Shown here: positions 55,734-64,000 of the stretch, in pieces
Numbering within the stretch: position 1 is the first letter of the stretch
Layout of the letters: the number at the start of each line of letters is the position of its first letter
Assembly (NCBI GenBank): GCA_964630485.1
Contig: CAZVUZ010000001.1
Location: forward strand, 3,472 to 67,471
DNA length: 64,000 nucleotides
Reading direction: 5' to 3'
Source: an uncultured Ignavibacteriales bacterium
GTDB taxonomy: Bacteria > Zixibacteria > MSB-5A5 > GN15 > FEB-12
The notes under the pieces: model-generated
Databases searched by the model: none
What the model was told of the DNA's origin: nothing
What the model saw: the letters and a program-made list of their open reading frames with translations, nothing else
Position numbers and translations under genes: made by a program

Positions 55734-56753
55734 ATGCTGATACTTGGAATCGAAACATCCTGTGACGAAACCTCGGCGGCGGTTATTCGCGACGGCCGCG
55801 AAATTCTGTCGAATGTAATTCTGTCTCAGGCGGACCATGAGTATTTTGGCGGGGTTGTCCCCGAAATTGCGAGCCGCAGCCACCTCAGGACAATTGTGCC
55901 CATCTACCGACAGGCGCTCAGCGAGGCCGCGGTGACGCTGGATGATATCGATCTGGTTGCCGCTACCATGGGGCCCGGCCTGGTTGGTCCGCTCCTCGTG
56001 GGCCTCACCTTTGCCAAGGGTCTGGCCTTCGCCCGGTCCATAAAATTCATCCCGGTTCACCACATAGAAGGACATATCGCGGCCAATCTGCTCGAGCACC
56101 GTGACCTGGCGTCGCATCACCTTACCCTGATAGTCTCCGGGGGGCACACCATGCTGGTCGAGGTAGACGGTTTCGGGAATTTCGAGATTCTCGGTCAGAC
56201 CATAGACGACGCCGCCGGGGAGGCTTTTGATAAAGTGGCCAAGATTCTGGGGTTGGGCTATCCCGGAGGGGCGCGTCTGGACGAACTCGCGCGACAGGGT
56301 GATCGCAAGTATTTCCGGTTTCCGCGGGCGCTCCGTGCCGAGACGGGATACCGGTTCTCGTATTCCGGTCTCAAGACGGCCGTGGCGGTCTACCTGCAAA
56401 AACTTACCGATGAGCAAATTGAACAGCACCGGGCCGATATCGCGGCCTCGTTTCAGGAGGCGGCGGTGGAGGTACTGGTTGACAAGACGGTTCGGGCTGC
56501 TAAGGAGAGGCGCCTGACCGATGTGACCCTATCCGGAGGGGTGGCCGCCAACAGCCGCCTGCGCAGCCTTCTGGCCGAGCGCCTGAAGAAGATCGGGGCG
56601 CGATTGTTCTACCCGTCGACGGAGCTTTGTACCGACAATGCCGCCATGATTGCCGCCGCCGGATTCTATCGATTCGAGCGCGACGGCCCAGGAGAGTTGG
56701 TGGCCAACGCCGTGCCGTACCTGAAGCTGGATGAAAGCCCGCGTGGAGCATAA
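55734..56753 (+). CDS. tsaD: tRNA N6-adenosine threonylcarbamoyltransferase
   Basis: ILGIETSCDETSAAV, HHIEGH, SGGHT and GGVAANSRLR motifs. Confidence 0.95.
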   Translation: MLILGIETSCDETSAAVIRDGREILSNVILSQADHEYFGGVVPEIASRSHLRTIVPIYRQALSEAAVTLDDIDLVAATMGPGLVGPLLVGLTFAKGLAFARSIKFIPVHHIEGHIAANLLEHRDLASHHLTLIVSGGHTMLVEVDGFGNFEILGQTIDDAAGEAFDKVAKILGLGYPGGARLDELARQGDRKYFRFPRALRAETGYRFSYSGLKTAVAVYLQKLTDEQIEQHRADIAASFQEAAVEVLVDKTVRAAKERRLTDVTLSGGVAANSRLRSLLAERLKKIGARLFYPSTELCTDNAAMIAAAGFYRFERDGPGELVANAVPYLKLDESPRGA

Positions 56754-56794
56754 AGTAAGCAGTCCTATGACCTATTGAAAATGCAGGAGATTCA

Positions 56795-57511
56795 TTGATG
56801 ATTTGCCGTTGCTCGACTTTAATGAAATTGATGATTGTGACCGCTGTGCTGACAGCGCTGGTGTTGCCCGCCTGCTCCTCGGACAAAGAAAAAGCCGGAG
56901 CCGGCAAGATCGCGCCGAAGAACGATGCTTCCGTAACGCTGTCGAATGATGCCACGGTGAGCGGGGATACCATCTACAAGGAAATCAAGTACCAGATGTC
57001 CGACATTCCCTTTGATCTCAACGGCGCCCCCGTGAAAGTCGCCGGGGTTACTTTCACTCCGGCCTCACAGTGGAAGGATCTGGGAGGCGAAGGCTCCAAT
57101 GTGGCGCATTATCTTTACGGTCCGCTGGAGAGTGATACCGATTCTGCCGTCGTTAAGGTTTTTTACTTCGGGAAGGACGCCGGTGGGACCTGGGAAGAGA
57201 ATTTTGAGCGCTGGATCAATCAGATCGAGTTGTCGGGAGGACGGGATCCCCATCAGGCGGCCCTGACGCATGACCGCATCGTTGACGGTATGACGGCGCA
57301 TGTGCTCAGCATGTACGGCACCTATCTGGCTTCCTCCGGCGGCCCGATGTCGGGCAAGACAATACCGAAAGACAATTACCGCATGGTTGGGATTGTTCTG
57401 GAGGCTCCGGAGGGCAACGTCTTCTTCAAGTTGACCGGTCCCGATTATACGGCGCGCATCATGATCGAGGCCTTCATGAACATGATATACGTGGTGAAAA
57501 AAACCGCGTAG
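56795..57511 (+). CDS. Lipoprotein of unknown function
   Basis: Lipobox VLPAC followed by SSDKEK. AGGAGA RBS lies upstream of the TTG/ATG at 56795/56798. Confidence 0.5.
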   Translation: MMICRCSTLMKLMIVTAVLTALVLPACSSDKEKAGAGKIAPKNDASVTLSNDATVSGDTIYKEIKYQMSDIPFDLNGAPVKVAGVTFTPASQWKDLGGEGSNVAHYLYGPLESDTDSAVVKVFYFGKDAGGTWEENFERWINQIELSGGRDPHQAALTHDRIVDGMTAHVLSMYGTYLASSGGPMSGKTIPKDNYRMVGIVLEAPEGNVFFKLTGPDYTARIMIEAFMNMIYVVKKTA

Positions 57512-57535
57512 AAATGTGTCCGGGTGGGGGGACGC

Positions 57536-58354
57536 TCAGACTGCGGCCGGGACCTCTTCCTCGGCCACGGCGTGTTTTGTCGGCGTGTCGGCTTCGGTGC
57601 GCCGGAGTATTGCCACGGGGCGGTAAACCTCGGAGTAGTCGGTGAGGGGCTGCTGTAAATCCCAATCGCGCCACCACCCGGTAAAATCGAAGTCATCTCT
57701 CTCGGCTACGAATTTCAAAAACTCGTCGGGTCGGATGGCCTTGTTCTCTTCAACCATTTCCAGTTTGACCGGTTTGCCATGGTCGTCGATGTTCATGGTC
57801 CAGGTTTCCCGGTAGACATTCTCGAGAGGATCCACGAGTTTGATCTTGAAATCTGACGACAGGGTAATACCGTCCTTTTCGCGGTGTATGGCATTCTGGC
57901 CATTGTACGAAAGCGGATCGTTGAACTGTATGCACCAGTCGAGAAAGTAGAGGCCGCCCGGTTTCAGACAGCGGCTGACGGAGTCGAAGTGGCGGGCCAT
58001 TTCAGCGGCGCTCTTGAGGTAGAGCGAGCCAATCATGACAAAGGCAAAATCAACCTTCTCGGCCATGTCGAAGTCAACCATGTCGGCCCTGAAAAGCTCC
58101 GGGACCGGTTTCAGGTGGCTCCATTTTTCGCGGGCATCTTCGAGCATGGTCTCGTTCAGATCCAACCCCAGATACTGATAACCAAGGTCGGTCAGTTCAC
58201 CGGCATGGGGGGCGGGGCCGCAGGCCAGTTCCAGGACGCGCGATACCGGACGCCTTGAATACATCTGGATACAGGAGTGCAGAAACTTTGCCTCGTTGGG
58301 AATGTCTCGAAACGAGAAAACGACTTCGTAGTATTTTGGATGTTCGTACAGCAT
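57536..58354 (-). CDS. Class I SAM-dependent methyltransferase
   Basis: Motif I VLELACGPAPHAGEL, then YLGLDLN and a post-I acidic loop. Confidence 0.8.
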   Translation of the reverse strand: MLYEHPKYYEVVFSFRDIPNEAKFLHSCIQMYSRRPVSRVLELACGPAPHAGELTDLGYQYLGLDLNETMLEDAREKWSHLKPVPELFRADMVDFDMAEKVDFAFVMIGSLYLKSAAEMARHFDSVSRCLKPGGLYFLDWCIQFNDPLSYNGQNAIHREKDGITLSSDFKIKLVDPLENVYRETWTMNIDDHGKPVKLEMVEENKAIRPDEFLKFVAERDDFDFTGWWRDWDLQQPLTDYSEVYRPVAILRRTEADTPTKHAVAEEEVPAAV

Positions 58355-58597
58355 TTTGCCTTACAACTTTCTCTTCCCATTCTATAACGGCATTTATGCT
58401 CGATAACTGTATGCCTTTCATGATCTTTGCCATGCCGAAGGGCGGAATGTTCAGTTTCCGAACAGGATTCAGGAGGTTCCTTGCACGACCTGATGAACCG
58501 TTGGCGGCAGCAGCCTGACCGGCGGGTAGATTGTCGGTGCGGCGAAGTTTTCTCTTGTAAGCGATTGCGCCGTATCTTATTATTGGACAATTGAAAC

Positions 58598-58622
58598 GAA
58601 ACCGTATGAGCCGGCAAACGTA
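58598..58622 (+). promoter_or_regulatory. Candidate ECF-type autoregulated promoter (GAAAC-N16-CGTA)
   Basis: gaaac cgtatgagccggcaaa cgta, 24 nt upstream of the sigma factor start. It resembles the AAC / CGT signature of ECF promoters. Sequence match only. Confidence 0.3.
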
Positions 58623-58645
58623 TTTAACAGTGAGAGAAAAGGCCT

Positions 58646-59212
58646 TTGCAGGACAATGAAATAGCTCTAATTGCCAATGCTCTTGGTGGCGACCAGCGGG
58701 CCTACACTCTGTTGACCAAACGGCACAAAGGGGCCGTCTATCAGATCATTTACAAGATAGTACGTGATCGTGAAACGGCCAATGACCTGGTTCAGGATAC
58801 GTTTATGAAGGCTTTTTCGTCGCTGGCAAGTTACCGTTCGGAGTATCGTTTCTCCACCTGGCTTTACAAAATAGCCGCCAACTGCTCGATCGACCATCTG
58901 CGTAAACAGCGCATCAAGGTGCTGTCTCTCGACCGCAAGCTCGAGACCAAGGACGGCACCATGGAAATGGATATCGCCGATTATTCTTATCATCCGGAAC
59001 GCGATCTCGTCCGCAAGGAGCAACGCTGCAGCATTCAGGATGCGATTGCCTCACTGCCGGACAAATACCGCGAGGTGATTATTTACCGTCATAAGGATGA
59101 TAAATCGTATGAGGAAATAGCCGATCTTTTGAGTATACCCGTGGGTACCGTAAAGGCCCGTATTTTTCGAGCCCGGGAATTGCTGAAGAAAAAGCTCAAG
59201 ACGGCTTTTTGA
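58646..59212 (+). CDS. RNA polymerase sigma-70 factor, ECF subfamily
   Basis: Region 2 (DLVQDTFMKAF, FSTWLYKIAANCSIDHLRK) and region 4 (YEEIADLLSIPVGTVKARIFRAR). TTG start. Confidence 0.9.
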   Translation: MQDNEIALIANALGGDQRAYTLLTKRHKGAVYQIIYKIVRDRETANDLVQDTFMKAFSSLASYRSEYRFSTWLYKIAANCSIDHLRKQRIKVLSLDRKLETKDGTMEMDIADYSYHPERDLVRKEQRCSIQDAIASLPDKYREVIIYRHKDDKSYEEIADLLSIPVGTVKARIFRARELLKKKLKTAF

Positions 59213-59230
59213 CCAGGAGGAGTTGGTGAC

Positions 59231-60139
59231 ATGGTATGGTTTCGATGTATCGCAGCAGGTTTGTTCTTGCTCTTCGGGGCAGGGGCGGCCGTAGACGCCG
59301 ACGAGTACAACTTCCAATATCAGAAGATAGTCGAAACCGACCGGGCCATTGAATTGGACCTGAACCTCACAACCGGACGGGTATACATCGAGGGCGGCGA
59401 CGACCACCGGCTTATTATTGAGGCGGTCAAAGTCATACGGGCCGGCAGCCGGGACGAGGCGGAGGAAGTGGCCGACCATATCGAGATCAACGTCAAAAAC
59501 GACGGCGACAGGATTGAGGTCAGGACCAACTACCTCAAGCTGGGAAGCCGCGGTCGCTCTTTCTGGAACAAGCTCCTGGGTACCGGATCGGATTCTTATG
59601 GTGACGTGGATTTCAGGATAACCCTGCCGGCCACCCGGGCCATACGGCTTCGGACGGTGGCGGCGGCAATAGAACTTTCGAGTATCCAGGCCGAGATCGA
59701 GATAGACAATGCCTCGGGCAGCACCCAGGGCGAATTTTTGTTCGGACCGATCACGGTCCGTCAACCTTCCGGCGAGATAGACCTCAAATGGATCGAGGGT
59801 GACATAAAGATCAAATCCACGTCCGGCACGGTTACTATTCAGCAGGTGCGGGGCGCCATCGATCTGGCGACATATACCGGCAATGTGAACATCCAGACAG
59901 AGCTGGACAGCCCCCGGAACTATTTCGTGGAAACAACGACCGGTAAAATTTCATTTGCGGTTCCGGAGACATCCTCCGGTATCGTTGATATCGAGACCAT
60001 GTCCGGCGAAGTCGCGACGGATCTGCCTGTGGCTATCACGTCTCTTTCGCGCAAGAGACTGGTGGGTGAGTTTGGGCTGGGAGGACCCCGGATTCGGCTC
60101 CTCTCCTCCAGTGGCGATGTCGTCGTGACCAAGTTCTAA
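59231..60139 (+). CDS. DUF4097-like (toastrack / putative adhesin) beta-strand repeat protein
   Basis: Signal peptide and repeated G.I.I/L units (ASGSTQGEF, PSGEIDLKW, TSGTVTIQQ, YTGNVNIQT, TTGKISFAV, MSGEVATDL, SSGDVVVTKF). Confidence 0.6.
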   Translation: MVWFRCIAAGLFLLFGAGAAVDADEYNFQYQKIVETDRAIELDLNLTTGRVYIEGGDDHRLIIEAVKVIRAGSRDEAEEVADHIEINVKNDGDRIEVRTNYLKLGSRGRSFWNKLLGTGSDSYGDVDFRITLPATRAIRLRTVAAAIELSSIQAEIEIDNASGSTQGEFLFGPITVRQPSGEIDLKWIEGDIKIKSTSGTVTIQQVRGAIDLATYTGNVNIQTELDSPRNYFVETTTGKISFAVPETSSGIVDIETMSGEVATDLPVAITSLSRKRLVGEFGLGGPRIRLLSSSGDVVVTKF

Positions 60140-60175
60140 TTGATCCTGGTCTCTACATAGGACGTAGAACGGGAA

Positions 60176-61447
60176 ATGCGAATCACAACTTTTACATTCG
60201 GCGGCGTGTGCCTGACGGCGGTGCTCTTGTTGTGCCTGATCTGTCTGGTGCCGGTGGTAACCTGCCTGGCCGATGAAACCGACCCCGCGGCGCCCGAAGA
60301 TACGACCTTCCTCGAAATCCAGTTGTCCCGTGAAGGGATCGTGGCCATCGACACGGCCGGCTACGACTGGTACTACGACTTCGATTCCGAGACATTTATC
60401 CAGGGTATACCTGAGCGCGACGAACCCGTGCCCCCGCGCGAGCTTGCCGGTTGGAGTGAAAGGGATGACAGCCCGGTCGAGGAACGTTGCACCGAGAGGC
60501 TTGAGGTAAAACCCTTCGAAAAGAAATCCGTCAGCGTCGATGCCGACGAGTATGTTGACGGCGACATTATTGCGTGGGGACGGGTGACCGTCAAAGGTTG
60601 GGTCCGGGGCGATGTGACATCTCTCAGCAAGCGGGTTCTGGTGACCGAGACCGGTCAGGTAGACGGTGATATCGAGGCTCCTGAAATCGTTGTCAAGGAG
60701 GGCGGGCTGGTTATCGGTGAGATCCTTGAGGAGACCCCGCTTGATGTACCCGAGTTGACGGGGTTCTCGGCCAGCGGTTTGATCGTCGTGATTTGCCTGG
60801 CGGCTTTCTTTTTGTTCTGCGGCTTCCTCGCGGTTTCTCTCATGCCTCGGCAGGTGAGAAACTTTCACGCCTGCCTTGAGGCGAACAAGACGAAGACTTG
60901 CCTTCTGGGTTTGCTCTTTCTGCTGCTCATGCCGGTGGTTACGGTGCTGGTGGTTATTACCATCATTGGTATTGTACTGCTGCCTTTTCTGCCTTTTCTG
61001 TACCTGGCCGCCATTGTGCTTGGCTTCATCTCCTTCGGCAGCATGCTGGGAAAGGGACTTGCGCTACGTCTCTGGGGACAGGAAAAAAGCTTTATGCTGA
61101 GGTCTTTCCTCGGTATCGTCCTGCTCATGATTCTCTGGTTAATAACGGCGACCCTGCTGGGTTCGGCTGATGAGGTGTCGCAGGGGTTCGGTGTTTTCTT
61201 CCTGGTGCTGTCCATTGTGGTCTGCAGTTTTCCCGTCTCGGCCGGTATCGGGGCCGCCATTCTGACACGCTTCGGGTTCCGTGAGTACGTCAGCTGGAAG
61301 GATCCTCAACGGCCTGATTCGCGTCCCATGGCGCCGCCTCCGGCCCCGCCGCCAATCCCTAAGGAACCGCCCATGATGAGGCCGCCGGAGCCGAGACCAA
61401 CCCCCCCCGGCGCAACTTTGCCGCCGGATAACCGTACAGAAGACTGA
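60176..61447 (+). CDS. Polytopic membrane protein with a bactofilin-like beta-helix domain and a proline-rich tail
   Basis: N-terminal hydrophobic segment, then VDGDIIAWGRVTVKGWVRGDVTSLSKRVLVTETGQVDGDIEAPEIVVKEGGLVIGEI, which is bactofilin/DUF583-like. About five to six TM helices follow, then PPPAPPPIPKEPPMMRPPEPRPTPP. Confidence 0.6.
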   Translation: MRITTFTFGGVCLTAVLLLCLICLVPVVTCLADETDPAAPEDTTFLEIQLSREGIVAIDTAGYDWYYDFDSETFIQGIPERDEPVPPRELAGWSERDDSPVEERCTERLEVKPFEKKSVSVDADEYVDGDIIAWGRVTVKGWVRGDVTSLSKRVLVTETGQVDGDIEAPEIVVKEGGLVIGEILEETPLDVPELTGFSASGLIVVICLAAFFLFCGFLAVSLMPRQVRNFHACLEANKTKTCLLGLLFLLLMPVVTVLVVITIIGIVLLPFLPFLYLAAIVLGFISFGSMLGKGLALRLWGQEKSFMLRSFLGIVLLMILWLITATLLGSADEVSQGFGVFFLVLSIVVCSFPVSAGIGAAILTRFGFREYVSWKDPQRPDSRPMAPPPAPPPIPKEPPMMRPPEPRPTPPGATLPPDNRTED

Positions 61448-61479
61448 GTGGAAAAGCGAAAGTGAAAGGAGCTCGTCTG

Positions 61480-62331
61480 ATGTTCACCAAAAGTACAATT
61501 CTGGCAGCCATCCTGATACTTGTCTGCGGTACCATCGGCGCCCGAGACATGGATCGGGTAACGGAGAGGATCGACGCCAAAGGCGCCAAAGATATCAGGC
61601 TTTCCATTGACTTCGGTGCCGGTGAGGTGGAAATAGCGTCGGGGGATATCGATGAGGCCGCCGTTCTCGATGTCGAGTACGATCCCAAATATGTAGACTA
61701 TCAAATTGAATATAAATTGCGGGGCAAGACCGGCTATCTGGATCTCGAGAGTATCCAGCGGCGCAAGCGGGACGTGGACACCGATCGGAACAAGTGGACC
61801 ATGACCCTTTCGAAGAAATATCCGATGTCGATATCCATGGATATGGGCGCCTGCGAGGCCCTGATTGATCTTGGCGGCGTGCCCGTAACGGATCTGTCGA
61901 TTGACATCGGGGCGGCCTCGGGAGTGCTGGAATTCTCCAAGCCCAATCCCGAAAGACTCGACGAAATCGACATCGACGCCGGCGCGGCGTCAATGGAATG
62001 CATCAATCTCGGCAATGCCAATTTTGAGTACTGCAAATTCTCCGGCGGTGCCGGCTCCTTCGATCTGGATTTCAGGGGGAAATATAGCGGCGAATCGGAA
62101 ATCAAGATAGATATAGGCCTGGGTTCGGCTGATATTGTCCTGCCGGAGGGAGTGCCGGTGAGGGTCATCTCGGAGGGTAGCGGTTTCCTGTCCTCGGTCG
62201 ATTTCCACAATGACGATCTCGACGAGGTCGATGACGACATCTATGAATCGCCGGATTTCGACGACGCCGATACCAGGATAATTATCGAAATCGACGTCGG
62301 TCTCGGCTCGGTCGATGTCTACTGGAAATGA
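61480..62331 (+). CDS. LiaF-like / DUF2154-like toastrack domain protein
   Basis: N-terminal anchor and repeated ID.GA.S units (IDFGAGEVEI, MDMGACEALI, IDIGAASGVL, IDAGAASMEC, IDIGLGSADI, IDVGLGSVDV). ATG at 61480 has an AAGGAG RBS; GTG alternative at 61462. Confidence 0.6.
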   Translation: MFTKSTILAAILILVCGTIGARDMDRVTERIDAKGAKDIRLSIDFGAGEVEIASGDIDEAAVLDVEYDPKYVDYQIEYKLRGKTGYLDLESIQRRKRDVDTDRNKWTMTLSKKYPMSISMDMGACEALIDLGGVPVTDLSIDIGAASGVLEFSKPNPERLDEIDIDAGAASMECINLGNANFEYCKFSGGAGSFDLDFRGKYSGESEIKIDIGLGSADIVLPEGVPVRVISEGSGFLSSVDFHNDDLDEVDDDIYESPDFDDADTRIIIEIDVGLGSVDVYWK

Positions 62332-62364
62332 TACCCAAGCCAGCATTTTTTCATAGCTCACAAG

Positions 62365-62397
62365 GCGCGGCTGCCCTCCGGGGAACCGCGCTTTTTT
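62365..62397 (+). terminator. Rho-independent terminator after the ECF cluster
   Basis: Stem gcgcgg / ccgcgc enclosing a GC-rich loop, followed by six T. Confidence 0.55.
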
Positions 62398-62476
62398 ACT
62401 GATCGAACACCTTCTCCCGATAGCTTCCGAAAGACCTTCGCCGAGTACCCCGGCGTGGATATCGGCCGGAAATTCC

Positions 62477-62506
62477 CTTGCTGAGTTCTATAGAAACCAG
62501 GTATAA
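62477..62506 (+). promoter_or_regulatory. Candidate sigma70-type promoter for htrA
   Basis: TTGCTG-N18-TATAAT, about 100 nt upstream of the ATG at 62609. Confidence 0.4.
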
Positions 62507-62608
62507 TCGATCTTAAGCAGGCCGACGACCTCAGAACAAAACTTAGTGAACTTGGGCAGGCGCCGACTGTTTAAGGGAGAGTCGGAAACTTACTGAAGAG
62601 GAACCTGA

Positions 62609-63982
62609 ATGTTAAGAATAGCTCTGTTGATACTCCTGATGTTCGCCGGTCGGGCCGAATCCGCCGGCGTTGGCGGCGCCACCCAGGCAGACATCTACCA
62701 GGCCCGGGATAAGGTCATGCCGGCCGTGGTGCACATCCAGCCGGTGATCAAGAATTACAATACCGGGGAACTCGAGAAGCAGGCGGTGGTGGGTTCGGGA
62801 GTCATATTCCATCCCGACGGCTATGTCGTGACTAACTACCATGTCGCCGGCAAGGCGGAGCGCATCATCTGTACTCTCTCCGACAAGGAAGTGGTACCGG
62901 CTGAATTCGTAGGCGGCGATCCGTCGACCGATATAGCCGTTATCAAGCTCGACCTGACCGAATACTCGGGGCAGATCCAGGTGGCAGAATTCGGGGACTC
63001 CGATTCGATACAGGTCGGGCAATACGTCCTTGCCATGGGATCGCCGCTGTCGCTGTCGCGGACGGTATCGGCCGGAGTGGTGTCGACCCTGGACCGGTAT
63101 TTCTCGAGCGATGTCAGATTGCCCACGGGCGAGCGAACCGGACGTTACAATCTCTGGATTCAAACCGATGCCGCCATCAACCCCGGCAACTCCGGCGGGC
63201 CGCTGGTGGATCTGTTCGGCCGCGTGGTCGGGATCAATTCCCGCGCCACGGTTTTCGCCAACAATATCGGCTTTGCCATTCCCATCAATATCGTGGAAGA
63301 GGTGTCCAATAAAATAATTGCCCGCGGCGAAGTGACGCGCAGCTGGATCGGCCTGCACTGCCAGGCTCTGCAGGAACTCGAGGACTATTTCGGGGCGGAG
63401 CGGAACTCCGGCGTCCTGGTCGCATGGATTGACCCGGGTTCTCCGGCCGAGGCGGCTTTTCTAAAGGCGGGGGATATCATCCTGGAAATGGACGGCCAGC
63501 CGGTTTCGGCCCGTTTCGTCGAAGAATTACCGGCTTTTTACAACCTCATTGCCCAGCATGAGCCCGGGAGTGAGATCAAGCTGAAAACCAAGCGGGCTGA
63601 TGAGATCTATAATTTCAGCATCAAAACAAAACAACTGGGTGATTTGCAGGGAGAAGACTTCGAATGCCAGGGCTGGGGCTTCACGATCAAGGCCATCACG
63701 CGGCAAATGCAGATCGAGAACCAGCTGGACGACACCGCGGGTGTCTATGTCGTGGGCGTGAAGAGAGTCGGCTCGGCCGCCGACGGGGGCCTGCGACGGC
63801 GTGATGTGATAAGCATGGTCAACGGCGAAACCGTCACCGCCCTGCCGGATTTTGTCGCCCTCTACAATCGACTTAAAGCCGCCGAAACGGAGAGCATGCT
63901 CCTGACCGTGAAAAGGGGCGGCGCCACGCGGTTCGTTGTTGTAAAAAGTGAGGATAAGGGGGAAGAAAGCTCCGATGAATAA
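62609..63982 (+). CDS. htrA: Periplasmic serine endoprotease DegP/HtrA family (trypsin domain plus two PDZ domains)
   Basis: Signal peptide, TNYHV (His), DIAVIK (Asp) and GNSGGPL (Ser). Two PDZ-like regions (GDIILEMDGQPV and RDVISMVNGETV). Confidence 0.9.
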   Translation: MLRIALLILLMFAGRAESAGVGGATQADIYQARDKVMPAVVHIQPVIKNYNTGELEKQAVVGSGVIFHPDGYVVTNYHVAGKAERIICTLSDKEVVPAEFVGGDPSTDIAVIKLDLTEYSGQIQVAEFGDSDSIQVGQYVLAMGSPLSLSRTVSAGVVSTLDRYFSSDVRLPTGERTGRYNLWIQTDAAINPGNSGGPLVDLFGRVVGINSRATVFANNIGFAIPINIVEEVSNKIIARGEVTRSWIGLHCQALQELEDYFGAERNSGVLVAWIDPGSPAEAAFLKAGDIILEMDGQPVSARFVEELPAFYNLIAQHEPGSEIKLKTKRADEIYNFSIKTKQLGDLQGEDFECQGWGFTIKAITRQMQIENQLDDTAGVYVVGVKRVGSAADGGLRRRDVISMVNGETVTALPDFVALYNRLKAAETESMLLTVKRGGATRFVVVKSEDKGEESSDE

Positions 63983-64000
63983 GATCATTAGAAAAACACA

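Noticed and set aside
62548-62575. A possible sigmaE-type promoter (GAACTT-N17-TTAAG) upstream of htrA, which would link htrA to the neighbouring ECF sigma.
   Set aside because: The -10 portion does not match TCAAA/TCTGA-type or CGT-type ECF elements. The spacing is marginal, and a much better sigma70-like TTGCTG-N18-TATAAT lies upstream. It is too weak to call.

Overview
This is a GC-rich bacterial chromosomal window with about 65 protein-coding genes, all but four on the + strand. I recognised no rRNA, tRNA, CRISPR array, transposase or integrase. All family assignments rest on motifs read by eye from the ORF translations; no database search was possible, and start codons are chosen by RBS or overlap logic only.

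Gene content, left to right:
- purN-purC-purH.
- A terminator-bounded Crp/Fnr, Fe-S protein and multihaem cytochrome operon (3330-8935).
- smg, coaBC (interrupted by a frameshift), family-4 UDG, dnaB, mlaE, mlaF, radA and tgt.
- An aldehyde dehydrogenase with a perfect CRP-type operator upstream.
- A COG2403-type GTPase followed by carbamate kinase, then cca.
- A long central-carbon cluster: sucCD, 2-oxoglutarate:ferredoxin oxidoreductase (delta-alpha-beta-gamma), ndk, a LarA-family gene, mdh and icd.
- hbd-ackA on the - strand.
- Envelope genes: beta-barrel OMPs, lipoproteins and a cyclophilin.
- dxr, rseP and two tandem lepB paralogues.
- A DUF1573-like CGC protein followed by a System I cytochrome c maturation operon (ccmABC, an unlisted ccmD-like gene, ccmE, ccmF).
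- A tandem retropepsin-like protease, an AhpD-like protein, nfi, an M20 amidohydrolase, a beta-propeller protein, a YbbR-domain protein and tsaD.
- An ECF sigma factor with three beta-solenoid/toastrack membrane proteins, then htrA.

The most interesting signals:
1. An octahaem HAO-family cytochrome is combined with a NapH-like polyferredoxin, a FrdX-like ferredoxin and a 3-TM hexahaem cytochrome, under a Crp/Fnr regulator with a near-consensus FNR box.
2. The ECF sigma cluster has no classical anti-sigma factor. Instead it has DUF4097, bactofilin-like polytopic and toastrack proteins.
3. The Ccm system is a variant: CcmE carries CxxxY instead of HxxxY, and no ccmG or ccmH is present in the window.
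4. coaBC is frameshifted inside an A10 run.
5. A LarA homologue sits directly upstream of mdh, and SucD has a histone-like lysine-rich tail.
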